In this document: piece by piece, positions 43,647 to 59,638 of the stretch
Layout: the number at the start of each line of letters is the position of its first letter
How positions within the stretch are numbered: the first letter of the stretch is position 1
DNA from: the human T2T-CHM13v2.0 reference genome, Homo sapiens
Reading direction: 5' to 3' (one strand)
Assembly: GCF_009914755.1 (NCBI RefSeq)
Contig: NC_060943.1
Length of the DNA: 64,000 bases
Translations under genes and position numbers: made by a program
The notes under the pieces: model-generated
Told to the model about the DNA's origin: nothing
Seen by the model: the letters and a program-made list of their open reading frames with translations, nothing else
Database searches by the model: none

Positions 43647-43697
43647 CAACCAGGGTGGTATAGGGCCCTTGGATGGGAGGCCTTCAATATTTAAGCT
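43647..43697 (-). CDS. CEP89: CEP89 coding exon (probably exon 10), 51 nt, SLNIEGLPSKGPIPPWL
   Basis: TCTTAG|AGCTTA...TGGTTG|GTAAGT. Phase 0 to 0. Confidence 0.95.
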
Positions 43698-43789
43698 CTA
43701 AGAACAAAACATGTATTGAAGACAAGTTAAACCACACTTCCTCTGAATTTTCAAGTCTTAGATATTCTTAATCTAGACTGGGCATTGCC

Positions 43790-43950
43790 CATCTATGCAT
43801 TTATCTGTCTATCCATCTGCCTACCCACCCACCTACCCACCTACCCATCCATCCATCCATCCATCCATCCATCTATCCATCCATCCATCCATCCATCCAC
43901 TTTCCCATACACCTACCCATCTATCTATCTATATGTATATATGTATATAT
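43790..43950. repeat. (CCAT)n/(CTAT)n simple repeat
   Basis: Visible tetranucleotide runs. Confidence 0.9.
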
Positions 43951-44109
43951 GAGAGAAATATTTTTTCTGAAATGTTTGAGAGTAATTTGCAGATATAATG
44001 CCCCTTTTCCTCTAAATACTTGTATTTCCTAAAAACAAAAACATTCATTTACTTAACCACAGTACTGTCATGAAAATCAGGAAATCAACACAGATAACAA
44101 TACTATTTT

Positions 44110-44179
44110 CATATATATATATATATTACTGCTCCTTGCAGAGCAGGGGTACCCCATAGGCAGTGTGCCTAGAGTAGCC
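44110..44179 (-). mobile_element. Tiny retroposed element: 52-nt body plus (TA)n tail, with TSD, inside an old L1MC-like 3' fragment
   Basis: Minus-strand body GGCTACTCTAGGCACACTGCCTATGGGGTACCCCTGCTCTGCAAGGAGCAGT. TSD AATACTATTTT at 44099-109 and 44183-193. Confidence 0.65.
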
Positions 44180-44644
44180 TATAATACTATTTTTTAACCT
44201 AACCTAACCTATATGTTATCTTCAAATTTCATCTATTTTCCCACTAATGTTCTTTTCTAATCAAGGATCCAATTCAGGGTCACATGTTGCATTTAGCTGT
44301 CAAGTCTTTTATGTCCTTTTTTTTTCCTTCTGAGACAGGGTCTCATTCCATCACCCGGGCTGGAGTGCAGTGGTGAGATCATGGCTCACTGAAACTTCTG
44401 CCTTCTGGGCTCAAGCAATCCTCTCACCTCAGCCTCCTGAGCAGCTCAGACTACAAGTGCATGCCACCACACCTGGCTAATTTTTGTATTTTTTGTAGAA
44501 ATGGGGTTTCACCATGTTGCCCAGGCTGGTCTTGAACTCCTGGCCTGAAGTGATCCTCCTGCCTCAGCTTCACACAGTGCTGGGATTGCAAGTGTGAGCC
44601 AGCACACTTGGCTTTTTTTTTTTTTCTTTTTTTTTTTTTTTTGA

Positions 44645-44992
<348 letters not shown>

Positions 44993-46711
44993 TAATGTCA
45001 CATTGTTGAGTGTCTGGATTTTGTTATCTTCCTTTAAAGAGTACTGGTTTCTTTTCCTTCCGCCCTTCCTTCCTCCCTCCTCTCTCTCTCTCTCTTTTTC
45101 TTTCAACTCCTAAGTTGCTTGTGGATCACCTTCATGCTTCTGAGGCTTGTTTTTTCACCCTGGTCATGGTAGGTCTGTAGTAACCTTTCCTAAAAAGCTC
45201 TTTTAGCCATACATCTCAGGCACGGCCCTCCTGGGCTCTTGACTCAATGCAAGGTCTCTCCATTGTGGCTGGGCAGAACTCGAAGGTTCCCGGTGCTGTG
45301 TGAGCTCTGGGAACCATGCAGCTCACAGCTCCCTGTTCTTATTTTCTGCCCAGTATCTTGGAGTCTCATCCTACACATGTGCAGGGTGGTATTCCACAAG
45401 ACTCCAAGGAGCCCCATGCAGATTTATATAAGTAGCTCTTTCTCTCCAGGACTCCATTCTTTCTGGTATTCTTGCCCTACGAATTCTAGTCTCCTCAGCT
45501 TCCCCAGACTCTCATCTCTGTTGAACTCAGGGAAGGGCTCAGCTCAGGCCCTTCCTCCCTGCTCTGTGATCTGAGACTGCCTCCAGACAGAAAGCAGATC
45601 ACAGGCTCATCTATTTATCCTGCTACTCTTGAGGGTCATAGGCTGGTGCTGCCTGCTGTTCGACATCTGTAAACATTTGCATTACATATTCTGTCTGGTT
45701 TTCTATTTGTTTAGATTAGGAGGGAAAATCTAGTACAGAATCAATGGCCTAGACAAAATAATTATTTATTTCACAAAAGCTTTACAATGTGAACACCTTA
45801 ATATCTATGTAATTACTCACTCACTCTGCAAACATTGGCAACTCACTAAGTCATTATGGACACTGCAACGCAACCCTTGTTTTCAAGGATTCTATGACCT
45901 AGTAACAGAAATAAAATCCACTAACACAAATGTACGTGATATACAAAAACAGTATAGGGTAGAATGCTATAAGTGCCTTAAGAGTGATTACAAACAAAAG
46001 TCTGCAATGGTTTAAAAGAGAGAGAGGGCCGGGCATGGTGGTTCATGCCTGTAATCCCAGCACTTTGGGAGGCTGAGGAGGGTGGATCATTTGAGGTGAG
46101 GAGTTTGAGACCAACCTGGCCAACATGGTGAAACCCTATCTCTACTAAAAATACAAAAATTAGCTGGGCGCAGTGGAACACGCCTGGAATCCCAGCCACT
46201 CAGGAGGCTGAGAAACAAGAATCACTTGAACCCGGGAGGTAGAGATTGCAGTGAGCTGAGATTGTGCATGCTGCACTCCAGCCTGGGCGACATAGAGAGA
46301 CTGTGTCTAAAAAAAAAAAAAGAGAGAGAGAGATCAATCACTTCTGGCTGGGGTGATCAGGGAAGACTGTCTTGGAGAACATGGCATTTGCACAGGGCAG
46401 AAGACAACATGGGAGAAGGCTGTCCCTGGGCCTGTCTGCCCGCCCCATGGTCCTGCAGAAGGCCCTGACCTAGCAAGCAGGTTTTGAATTATAGGACCCT
46501 AAGAACTTTATTTGTTTTTGTTTAAAAGTTAGTATTATGTTAAGTGAAAGAAGTCAGTCACACAAAGTCATGTCTTGTATGATTTCATTTCTATGAAATG
46601 TTCAGAACAGACAAGTTCATAGAGACAGAAAATAGATTAGTGGTTACCAGGGGCTGAGCTGGAGGAATTGGGCAGCAGGGGAACATAGGGAGTGATTCCC
46701 AACAGGTATGA

Positions 46712-46918
<207 letters not shown>

Positions 46919-46921
46919 TAG

Positions 46922-47062
<141 letters not shown>

Positions 47063-48097
47063 TAAAATTGACTGTGGTGATGGTTGCATAATTCTGTGAC
47101 TACAATAAAAACCACTAAATGGTACACTTTTAAAATGGGTATAAATTGGATGGTATGTGAATTATATTTCAAAGCTGTTATTAAAAAAAAAAAGTGAAAC
47201 GTAAGCCCTCCTTCAAAAAGCAACTCAGAAGCCCATGAGGCCTGAACTCCCAGGAGCCATGGGAGAACACCGTGTGCCTTCCCGCCCTCTACCCCAGCAA
47301 GAGCCCAGCCAGCGGTGCCTCCCTCTCCTGTGTCCACAGTGTCACTCACATCTTCACAGCCCCAAGTTCTGTAAGAGTAAGGACCTGAGCATCGGTTCAT
47401 CTGGCACTCCTCCCGGCATCTCATGCAGTGACCTGCTCAGTGAGAGTGTGTGGAGTTGGACTCTGCAACTGTTCTTAGAACTGAAAACTCTGCTTTCCTT
47501 TCGAAGTTAATGCACTGACAACAGCTGCAACTTTCAGGAACGTGACTGAGAAGGGAGCAGCCGACATACACTTTCATTCTTTTACTTTTGTTATTTTTTT
47601 TTTTAATTTTTGAGACAGGGTCTTGCTCTGTCACCCAGGCTGGAGTGTAGTGGCGCAATCTCAGCTCACCGCACCCTTGACCTCCCATGCTCAAGAGATC
47701 CTCTTGCCTCAGCCTCCTGAGTAGCTGGGGCTACAGGCATGCGCCACCATGCTCAGCTAATTTTTTTAAATTTTTTATTTGTAGAGACTGTCTCGCCATG
47801 TCCCCCAGGATGGTCTCAAACTCCAGAGCTCAAGCAATTCTCCCGCCTCAGCCTCTGAAAGTGCTGGGATTATAGGCACAAGCCACCTCATCCGGCCTCT
47901 TTTACTTTGTACACTTCTGTATTGTCCCAATGTTTAACAGTCTTTATTGCCTTTATTACGGGGAAGAAGGAAGGGAAGGAGGCAAGAAACAGAATGGTCC
48001 TTAGAAACATTGTGCCTTGGACAGAGCTTTTCTTACATCAAATTATAATAAATAAGAACCTCTCAAGATTGGAAATCAATTCAACAGTAAAGGCTTA

Positions 48098-48304
<207 letters not shown>

Positions 48305-48607
48305 CTATAAGAAATAACATCCAATTTATCCAGATTTTATTAAATTGCAAATCGTTTGCTTTTCTCCCCTCTTTCACGCTCAGAGGCAATGAACTGTGTG
48401 TGCGTGTGTGTCTGTGTGTGTATGTGTGTCTGTGTGTGTGAATGAATAAAAGTTACAACGTTTTTTAACACTGAATAGTTAACGTTATATTGGAAGTTTG
48501 TGGAAGTTTTTGCATGTACAATAAAGTAAAATAAAAATTTCAAGTTGGAAAGGAATAGTCATTGTTTCAGATGACATAAGAATATGTGCTTTGAAAAATC
48601 ATACAGA

Positions 48608-48941
<334 letters not shown>

Positions 48942-50093
48942 TTAGAGCTAATAACCTTCCCACATAATAGCAATGTCCTATTAGAAAACAAAACAGAAAA
49001 TAGATCCCACAAGGTAACAGCACAAATAATATATAGTATCTAAAAATAAATGTGCCTAAGATAAGAATTATGCAGGGTCTATGTGAAAAAAACTGACACC
49101 ACCTTACTTAAAGCTATATTAGTTTTATATAAATAGAAAAAGGTATAGAGAAAATATTGGTGAATATTTATATAACCTTAGAGTTAAAAATGACTTAATA
49201 CCAAGAGTGTAAGTCATAAAAGAAAAACATTTTATTGATTTAGCCCAATTATCAACAAACTAAGAAAATATTACACCTATGACAAAGGGATAAAATCTTT
49301 CATACGTAAGGAGTTCCTGCAAATCAATAAAAAGAAGTCAAGTGTCTCATTGTAAAGTGGGCAACTTGGCCATGATAGTGGCTCATATCTAAAATCCCAG
49401 TGCTTTAAGTGGCCAAGGAGGAAAAATCCTTGAGGCCAGGAGTTTGAGACCAGCCTGGGCAACACAATGAGGCCTCACTGCTATAAAAAAAATTAAAAAA
49501 AAAAAAAACTTAGCCAGGCATGATGGCATTTGCCTTTAGTCCCAGCTACTCAGGAGGCTGAGGTGGAAGGATCACTTGAGCCCAGGAGTTCAAGGTTATA
49601 GTGAGCTCTGACCACCCCACTGTAGTCCAACCTAGGTGACAAGAGTGGGATGCTGTCTCTAAAAAATAAATAAATAAAGTGGGCAGCTTTATGAAAGAAA
49701 AAGAAAATGACTTGCAAAGATATGAAAAAATATTCAAGTTCAATAATAACAGAAATACAAATTAAAATACTATTCTTTTTTTAACCTATAAAAGTAGCAA
49801 GGAAAATATAATCATTGGTAAGTCTACGGTAAAGGAGGAGCTTTTTTATGCTTCTCTTAGGGATAAAAACTGAAGTGAAATATATGTAAGCTAAGCATCA
49901 AGTTCCAAAAGAAGTATTGGAATCTCTGTTTTGTTTTTGTAAATTCAGCTTCTTTCCAACCTGAGGAATTTCTTTAGTGTAATAATGATATAGCAGATGA
50001 AATCAAATCTCAACAAACATAAGGATATTAACAAAAAAACCTGAAATATTACAACATAAATTACCAACACAAATATCACAACATAAAATATTA

Positions 50094-50387
<294 letters not shown>

Positions 50388-52378
50388 TCAGGGGAAAATT
50401 TTACAATGTTAATTGATGTTGACAATGTTACATCAAAATCAACTGACTTTGTTCCAAAAACCACATCAGGCCTGGTGCCATGTTCTTTGGTCCCTGGGAA
50501 GGGAATGGCTTCTACAGGAAACAGTAAGTGGCCTGATGAAGTCACAGCGGGTGGCAGGAAGAGAGGTACTGAGGGGAGGCCAGAAAGGGAGGCCAGAGCT
50601 GCAGGAGGCCGTGCCTATTGTGATGTGGCATGGAAAGTTCATCTTGCAGGGCAGCAGGAGCCAGCAGGGCTTTCAAGCAAAGGTGTGAGAAGGAAGAGGC
50701 TCTGCTCTTGGGTGAATCCCTCAGGCCAGCAGGGAAGAAGGCAGGTTAGAATGAGGCCTAGCCCAACAGCTGAGGGGCAGCACTAGAGTGGGGACACAGA
50801 GAAAAGGACACATGAGAGCAGGACTCAGGGGCTGGTGGCTGGCTGGGTGCGGGCAGTGAGAGAGAAGCAGACCCAGGATGACCACCCAGGTCTGGTCTGG
50901 CAGATGCTCCCCCAGATGAGGAGCACACTGTGAAGAGCAGGTGGGGATGGAAGATGAGGAGAGGCAGGCTTGGGTTGGTACAGAGGCCCAGAGTCCCAGG
51001 GCAGCCTCTGCTGGGGAGACTGACGAGCCACTGGCCTGTGGGCAGCACCTGAAGGCACCAGGGTGAGGAGAAAACCGAGGTCACATAGGACCTTAAGAAG
51101 GAAGAGCAAGAAAGTGGGGTGGAAACCAGCGCTGTTCCACGGGGAGATGTGCTCCGAAAGGTCACAGGAGGTGAGGCTCCCATGGGCCCTGGCCAGCGCA
51201 CCTCCCAGGGGAGGGAGAGGCGGAAGCAGAGCTTCCACACAGACGAGGGCAGGATGGCTGGTGGCTCCAGAGAGCCTGGCCCAACCTCTGACACACACAT
51301 ATCCAATCCCTAACATGCAAAAGGTGAGGCTCAGAAATGGGAAACTCCACAGCTACATAGAAACAAGGGAACCCTGAGAAATCCCAGAGATAAAACAGTT
51401 GAGATGAGAATGAAGATGGGTGCCAAGCCTGAAATGTGCCAAGAGAGGGCAGCTAGAAAATGGGGAGGGGTGGCTCCAGGGATACACCTTGCCCTGGTAG
51501 GAGTGGAGACACAAAGTGGCCTAGAAAGAGCTGATGAGGCTGGGCCTGGTGGCTCGCACCTGCAATCCCAGCACTTTGGGAAGCTGAGGCAGGAAGCTTG
51601 CTTGAGGCCAGGAGTTCGAGACCGGCCTGAGCAACATAGCAAGAGCCCATCTCTACAAAAATCAATCAATAAATAAAATTATATTTAAAAAGAAGCAGCT
51701 TGAAGCAGCTGATGAGCTGTTGAGTTAGATAACCAGAGTGGGAATAGCAAGGGGTTAACCCACCTGACCCAGGCAGCAACAGCAGAAATGTGTGCCCCTC
51801 CTCAGGCAGAACACACAGGCCCTGAGGGCAGAAAGGCAGGGCAGGGGGCTGGAGAAAGCCAGGAGGAAGAGGGGTCCCCACGGATCCCGGTGGGCCTCAC
51901 ATCCTGTCCATCCCCATCAGTTGCTGGAGGCAGCAGTCGGTACAGCCTGGCAGCCTGCTGGCTCTCCCTCTTCAGGCAGGGTGCAGTAAACAGAGGTAGC
52001 ATCCCCATGTGGGCCACAGGGAATCTCAGAGACCCCAAGAGGTATCAAACAGCAGAGCCAGAGAACACCAATGGCAAGTGAGAGAAGAGAAGGGGCTGCA
52101 ACACAAACCCTAAGACTGGATGCGCATGGTTACAACTTTCAGAGAGACGTAGTCAGTGTCACAGAAATCATGGAAGTTAACGTTTGATTAACACCATAAA
52201 CTGAAAGGATGGGCTGAGCCGCAGGATACACATCATGAAAAATGAATGCATGGCGCAGAAGTTGGAGCCCCAGCAATCGCCCAGAATACAGCATTGAAAA
52301 TGCTGAGATTGAAAGGGTGCAAATAAAGTTAATCTGACGCGGAGGAGACTTAAACCAGGATTTTCAGAGCAGTGACAC

Positions 52379-53818
52379 TGATGGCAGCAGTGGCCCATCT
52401 AGAGTGGCCACCGCACAGACTCTAGAGCAGGGAGGTGTGGCCCAAGCCTCTTGCTCCATGGAGCAGGCAGGAGCCCCGGCCCTCCCTGGGTGCTGCTGCA
52501 GCTGCCCAAGCCCGGCTGCAGACCCGAGAATCTCTGTGTTCTTGGGGGCCCAAGAAGGCCCCCACCACCCACCATAGGCTCCGAAGTGCCTGATCCCACT
52601 GCCTGGCTTCACCCCACTGTGGGCACCTGCTCCAGAGGTATGGTCAGGGCTGCATGCTCCACAGAGCCATCAGGAGCCGGGGACAAGCGGGAGCCCTGCC
52701 CCTTCTGAGTTGGTGGGGCAGGAGCTCATGGGGTGCTGCTACAGTTGCCCTCCCATGTGTAGGACCTGGGTGTCTCTGCAGTCTGCACCCTCGGGGGCCT
52801 GGGAAGGCTCCCGTGTCCCCGCAGGCTTATGGGTGTTTGCTCTAGCTGCCTGGTCTCTCCCTGCTCCTGGTGCCTGCTCCAGTCTTGCAGCAGGGTTGGA
52901 GCGGGGTTTAGGCCAAGCCTGGGCACTGTCACAGCCTGGCTGGGAGTGTGCATACTCAGGGCAGTACTGACACGACAGCGCCCTGCCGCCTCAGCCCCCT
53001 CCAGACTTTGGGCACCCATGAGCACAGGAGGGAAAGACAAGGGGGTGCTGAGGATGGCTCTGCACTGGCCTGCAGTTGCCCCTTGGTGTGAGCAGCCTGG
53101 GTGCCATGTACTGGGCAGCAGGAGGGAGACAGGTTCCTGGGCAGAAGCAGGCAGGTCCCCGGTGAGGCCCCGCCTTCAGGTCGGAGAGGGCCTGAAGGCT
53201 GGGGACCGGGTTGCCTGTCCCGTGGGACTGCAGTAGGAACTTATGGTGCCTTTTCCAGGCCCACCCATGGCCACCCATGGACCAATCGGTGCGCACTTCC
53301 TCCCTTCTGAGGCCCATAAAAGCCCTGGGCTTAGTTGGAGCAGAGCAGATGAGATGACCAGCTGCAGAGAGGAGTTCCCCTCTCTGCTGATAGCTGGAGA
53401 TGTCAGAGGACCAGCAGCAGAGAGGAGCAACCCACTCCAGGGCCTCCTCTCTACTAGGAGCTGGTCAGAATAACCAGCTGCAGAGAAGAACAACCCTCTC
53501 CAGGGCTTCCTCTTTGCTGAGAGCTGCAGAGACAGTTGGGTGACCTGCCTTCAGAGAGGAGCCATCGACTCCAGGGGACCTCCTCTCTGCTGAGAGCTGA
53601 ACACTTAACGGGACGACCTGCCTACAGAGAGGAGCTACCCACTGTGGGTCTCCTCTGAACTGTTCTAACATGCAGTAAAGCTCCTCTTCGTCTTGCTCAC
53701 CCTCCACTTGTCTGCTTACCTCATTCTTCCTGGACGCAGGACAAGAACTCAGGCAAAGGCACACTGGCACCACAGACATTTCCGACCAGAAAAGCGACAC
53801 CCCAAAGATCTTGTAACA
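52379..53818 (+). mobile_element. MER52 (ERV1) solo LTR
   Basis: Starts TGATGGCAGCAGTGG. GC-rich U3, CCAAT and CATAAAA boxes (~53280-53320), AGTAAA poly(A) signal, ends CCCCAAAGATCTTGTAACA. Confidence 0.85.
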
Positions 53819-53975
53819 ATGTGGGACCTAACAGCAAAAATTATAACCTCCATTTTGGAAGCCACTGAAGCTCCCCAAACTGTTCAGGGGGCATAACCCA
53901 TAAAGCATCTCTAGACCTCTCCCTCTGCCTTCAGCCTCAGAGCAGAGCCCATAACTGCACCTGCCTGCCCAGTAC

Positions 53976-54163
53976 GGATCCCAGTACATCATGGGTCCAC
54001 TCCTCCCACTGGGATCCCAGCACATCCCACAGGTCCTCCTTCCACCCCCAGGATCCCATTACATCCCACAGGTCCACCTCCCTTCCCCCAGGATCCCAGC
54101 ATATCCCACAGGTCCACGTCCCCCCAGGTCCAACCCCCACCCTCCCAGGATCCAAGCACATCC
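53976..54163. repeat. Degenerate ~38-55-bp tandem repeat, GGATCCCAGCACATCCCACAGGTCC..., about 4.5 copies
   Basis: GGATCC-anchored units recur five times. Confidence 0.75.
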
Positions 54164-54337
54164 TGTATGGACATACGTCCACTACCTAGTGTTTGGACCC
54201 TCTCTTTTGAGGCAAGGGTGAAATTTCAACAACTAATACAAGAAAAAGAAAATGTAATCTTTATTTTCAGATAAAATTAATCTGGATATTCTCCAAAACA
54301 AGCTTTTCAATCATAATATAATTCAAAAGGCAAATAC

Positions 54338-54380
54338 CTGGGGAGGGTGGAGGTTTCTCACATAATGGAGGTTTTTCATC
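54338..54380 (-). CDS. CEP89: CEP89 coding exon (probably exon 7), 43 nt, DEKPPLCEKPPPSP
   Basis: CCTAG|GATGAAAAACCT...TCCCCAG|GTATTT. Phase 0 to 1, in frame with both neighbours. Confidence 0.93.
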
Positions 54381-54500
54381 CTAGGAAAGAAAGAACATAA
54401 GAGGAATAAGTGCAGAGCATTAGTGTTTTATAAAGTGGACACACGCAGCTAGGTCATTAGACAGCAGGTATATAAGCATGCTTTATTTCCTTCATTTTGA

Positions 54501-54728
<228 letters not shown>

Positions 54729-55351
54729 TAGAGATGGGGTCTCCTGTTGTCCAGGCTAGCCTTGAGCTCCTGGGCTCAAGGGATCCTCCTACCTTGGTCT
54801 CCCAACATGCTGGGATTACACTGTTTCTTATACCTGAATCTGAGACCTTAAGTGTCTTCCCCTCTGGTGGGCTCTCTGAGGCTATAAAGGAAGTCCTGCC
54901 TGAGCTTTCTTCCTGCCTTTCTGCACTGAGTTCAGTGACTGTCCTTACAGGTAGATCCCGTGAGTAGCGGGCTGTGGGCTCACGTTGAAAAGCATGTGCT
55001 AGGTAGGGCTGCAAGTGCTGAGCAGAGATGCCCTCAGCAAACTCCAGCCAGGCCTCTTCTCACTGGGATGGGCAAAAAGGACCCCATCAACTGCAGGGAA
55101 GCACATTTGCAAAATGCTGAGAAAGGAACAGTAAGATATTGCTTCTCAACCCCAAACCTAGAGGAAAGGGAAGGCTGTGAACTTTTGTTAATTTTTCCTT
55201 ACATGGTGGTGTGATATTAAGTTTCTAATTTCTGCTGACAAAGTAGACAAGGTTATAAATTAACTCTGCAGAGAAATGTTTAATTTTTAAGTTCCTATGA
55301 CATCGCACAATGAAAAACTTAAGTTAGAACTATTTCCATGTTTGCAAATTA

Positions 55352-55666
<315 letters not shown>

Positions 55667-56163
55667 TCAGGCTAGGCACGTCACATCATGCCTGCAATCC
55701 CAATGCCCTTGGGAGGCCAAGGCAGGAGGATCGCTTGAGCCCAGGAGCTTGAGACCATCCTGGGCAACATAACAAGACCCCATCTCTAAAAAAAAATTTT
55801 TTTTTAATTAGCCAGGAGTGGTGGCATGTGCCTGTAGTCCCAGCTACTCAGGAGACTGAGGCAAAAGAATCACTTGATCCCAGGAGATTGAGGCTACAGT
55901 GAGCTATGATCACACCACTGCACTCCAGCCCGGGTCACAGAGGGAGATCCTGTCTCAAAAAATAATTTTAACAAAAGATAAAATTGTCTATTCATTCCAC
56001 ATTCATTTTAATTATAAAGTAGTTTCTAACCCTTTAATACATTACTTTCATCATTAAACTATGGAAAATATCAATTTCCTCATGTTTTAAAAGTATTTAA
56101 GGCCAGGCACAGTGGCTCATGCCTGTAATCCCAGCATTTTGGGAGGTCGAGATGGGCAGATCA

Positions 56164-56412
<249 letters not shown>

Positions 56413-56561
56413 TCAACAGGAAAGAACTCTTAAGGGAAGATTTATTTTTGCCCCAAAATCACCGCCAAAGTTTCAACACCAAAGTTGTTGAAAATTTATG
56501 AAAAATTATGATAAAAACTCTATTTATTGAGAAAATCAGTTTTTAAAAAAAATGATCTTAC

Positions 56562-56590
56562 CTTTAAATTCAGAACAGGGTGTTTACCAT
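56562..56590 (-). CDS. CEP89: CEP89 coding exon (probably exon 6), 29-nt microexon, (D)GKHPVLNLK
   Basis: Minus strand reads CT-rich tract...CATCAG|ATGGTAAACACCCTGTTCTGAATTTAAAG|GTAAGA. Phase 1 in, phase 0 out. Peptide matches recalled CEP89. Confidence 0.92.
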
Positions 56591-56864
56591 CTGATGAAGA
56601 AAAAGAGAGAGAGAGAAACTTTTAAAGTAGATAATGAAATATGACAACTCAGAAAGTACAATCATAGAAATTCACCTTCTACAGAGGAGCTCGACAAGGC
56701 CCAGAACAGGGATAAAATTCACAGGGTCACAGGGCAAGTGGGTCCCAGAGCCAGGCTGGGGCCTGACTCTAAATTGTCATCTCTCTCCCATACCCATGCC
56801 TGACCACCATCCGTGGCTCACGTGGCTGCAGAACCAAAGCCAAACTCTTCAGTGTCTCCAAGCC

Positions 56865-57218
56865 CTTCCCATGCCAGGCTTCTCCTCTCCTTCCAACACC
56901 CCTCCCCATCACTCTCCACACATCTTCCCATGCCGGGCTCCTCCTCTCCTTCCAACACTCCTCCCCATCACGCTCTACACATCTTCCCATGCCGGGCTCC
57001 TCCTCTCCTTCCAACACCCCTCCCCATCACTCTCCACACATCTTCCCATGCCGGGCTCCTCCTCTCCTTCCAACACTCCTCCCCATCACGCTCTACACAT
57101 CTTCCCATGCCGGGCTCCTCCTCTCCTTCCAACACTCCTCCCCATCACGCTCCACACATCTTCCCATGCCGGGCTCCTCCTCTCCTTCCAATACTCCTCC
57201 CCATCACGCTCCACACAT
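56865..57218. repeat. 59-bp minisatellite, 6 copies
   Basis: Unit CTTCCCATGCCGGGCTCCTCCTCTCCTTCCAACACTCCTCCCCATCACGCTCTACACAT starts at 56865, 56924, 56983, 57042, 57101 and 57160. Confidence 0.95.
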
Positions 57219-57400
57219 CTTGCCCACCACTCCCTGGATGGGCCAACGCATACTCCTATTGGCCTACCCTCCCTAGATGCAGCATCCAACCTGGTCAGAA
57301 AAATAGTTGTTCCTTGAAGCAAACTGTCTCAACGACAGAGAGGAAAACAAATCTCACCCACTTACTCATCTTCCACACATCTGTAATCCAGGTACCCTAG

Positions 57401-57766
<366 letters not shown>

Positions 57767-57873
57767 TGAGTTGCTTTTAACTTTCTACTATTAATTTGCA
57801 GAGCAGAAATAACCAGCTGAAAATAAACTGGAAACACATGCAAAAAATAGGTGAAAAAACCCTACAAAATTCA

Positions 57874-58312
<439 letters not shown>

Positions 58313-58922
58313 TTAACCAAACTGCTTTCAGTCAAATGTCCAGGGGCAGCCTGGACTGCTCTCCTGCGTTGGACACCAGGTGAAATCCTGCCCTGTCCTT
58401 CTGAGTTCAGCTTGATGAACCCTCCTTTCCCTACCACCTTCCCTAACTGAGAGACAACCACCTCTACTGCCCACCTTAGCACCCCAGACTACGGTTTGCA
58501 ATCTGCACCTCCTCCTCTGCAGCTGGGATGCGAGGGGAAAGGCCTGTGGCTCTATCATCTCTGACACACGGCTGGCACTGAACAAATTTCCAATGAGCAA
58601 ATGTTTAAAGTGATACAATAAGAAAAAATATATATTTTTAATAACACCTTTACAATAGTCTTGATTTGGTATCACACAATGCTACCTCAGATCTGACTGC
58701 TTTCATATTTAATGGAGTCTTCTATGTCCCCCTTAAATTCTTCACAAAATAAAATTGGGGGAGCAGGGAGTTACATGAAATAGAATGGCAAAAGGTTGAC
58801 AGCTGGTCGGGCACACTGGCACATGCCTGTAACCCCAGCACTTTGGGAGGCCGAGGCAGGTAGATCGGTTGAGCCCGGGAGTTTGAGACCAGCCTGGGCA
58901 ACAGAGCAAAACCCCGTCTCTA

Positions 58923-59207
<285 letters not shown>

Positions 59208-59638
59208 TTAAGGGGCAATTCAATTTTCCCAAAGGAAATCATGCTATTTTATCTTAGTCATGAACTTTTCAGAAAAAGAGTCTCATAAAGATTAAACTTA
59301 CAATTTACAGCATCCCAAATTCATGTTGTATTTAATGTACATTTAATGTACACGCAGTTCACTTGGTTCTGTGAATCTACTTTGTGTCCTGTGTTCTTAT
59401 TTATCATTTCTCAAAAAGATTTCCAGAGTCCTCACCCTCCTCATTTCTATTACCTATATGGGTGAGGGGGATAGACATAAAATAACAGCAAAAGGCTTCA
59501 ATACTGGGCATACTCCTGCTGCATACAAGGTGTCATGCTGGGTCTATCCCAGTCTTTTTTTTTTTTTTTTTTGAGACAGGGTCTCACTCTGTCACCCAGC
59601 CTGAAGTGCAGTGGTGGAAACTGCACTGCAGCCTCAAC

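Noticed and set aside
50560-52370. Cluster of overlapping ORFs in purine-rich sequence
   Set aside because: No coherent protein or splice structure. Probably decayed repeat sequence with GC-rich composition.
56865-57218. Regularly spaced repeats, also at 59639-59828, superficially like a CRISPR array
   Set aside because: Contiguous tandem units with no unique spacers and no cas genes, in primate intronic DNA.
56634-57400. 227-aa and 195-aa Pro/Ser/His-rich ORFs
   Set aside because: Produced by the stop-free 59-bp VNTR cycling through frames.
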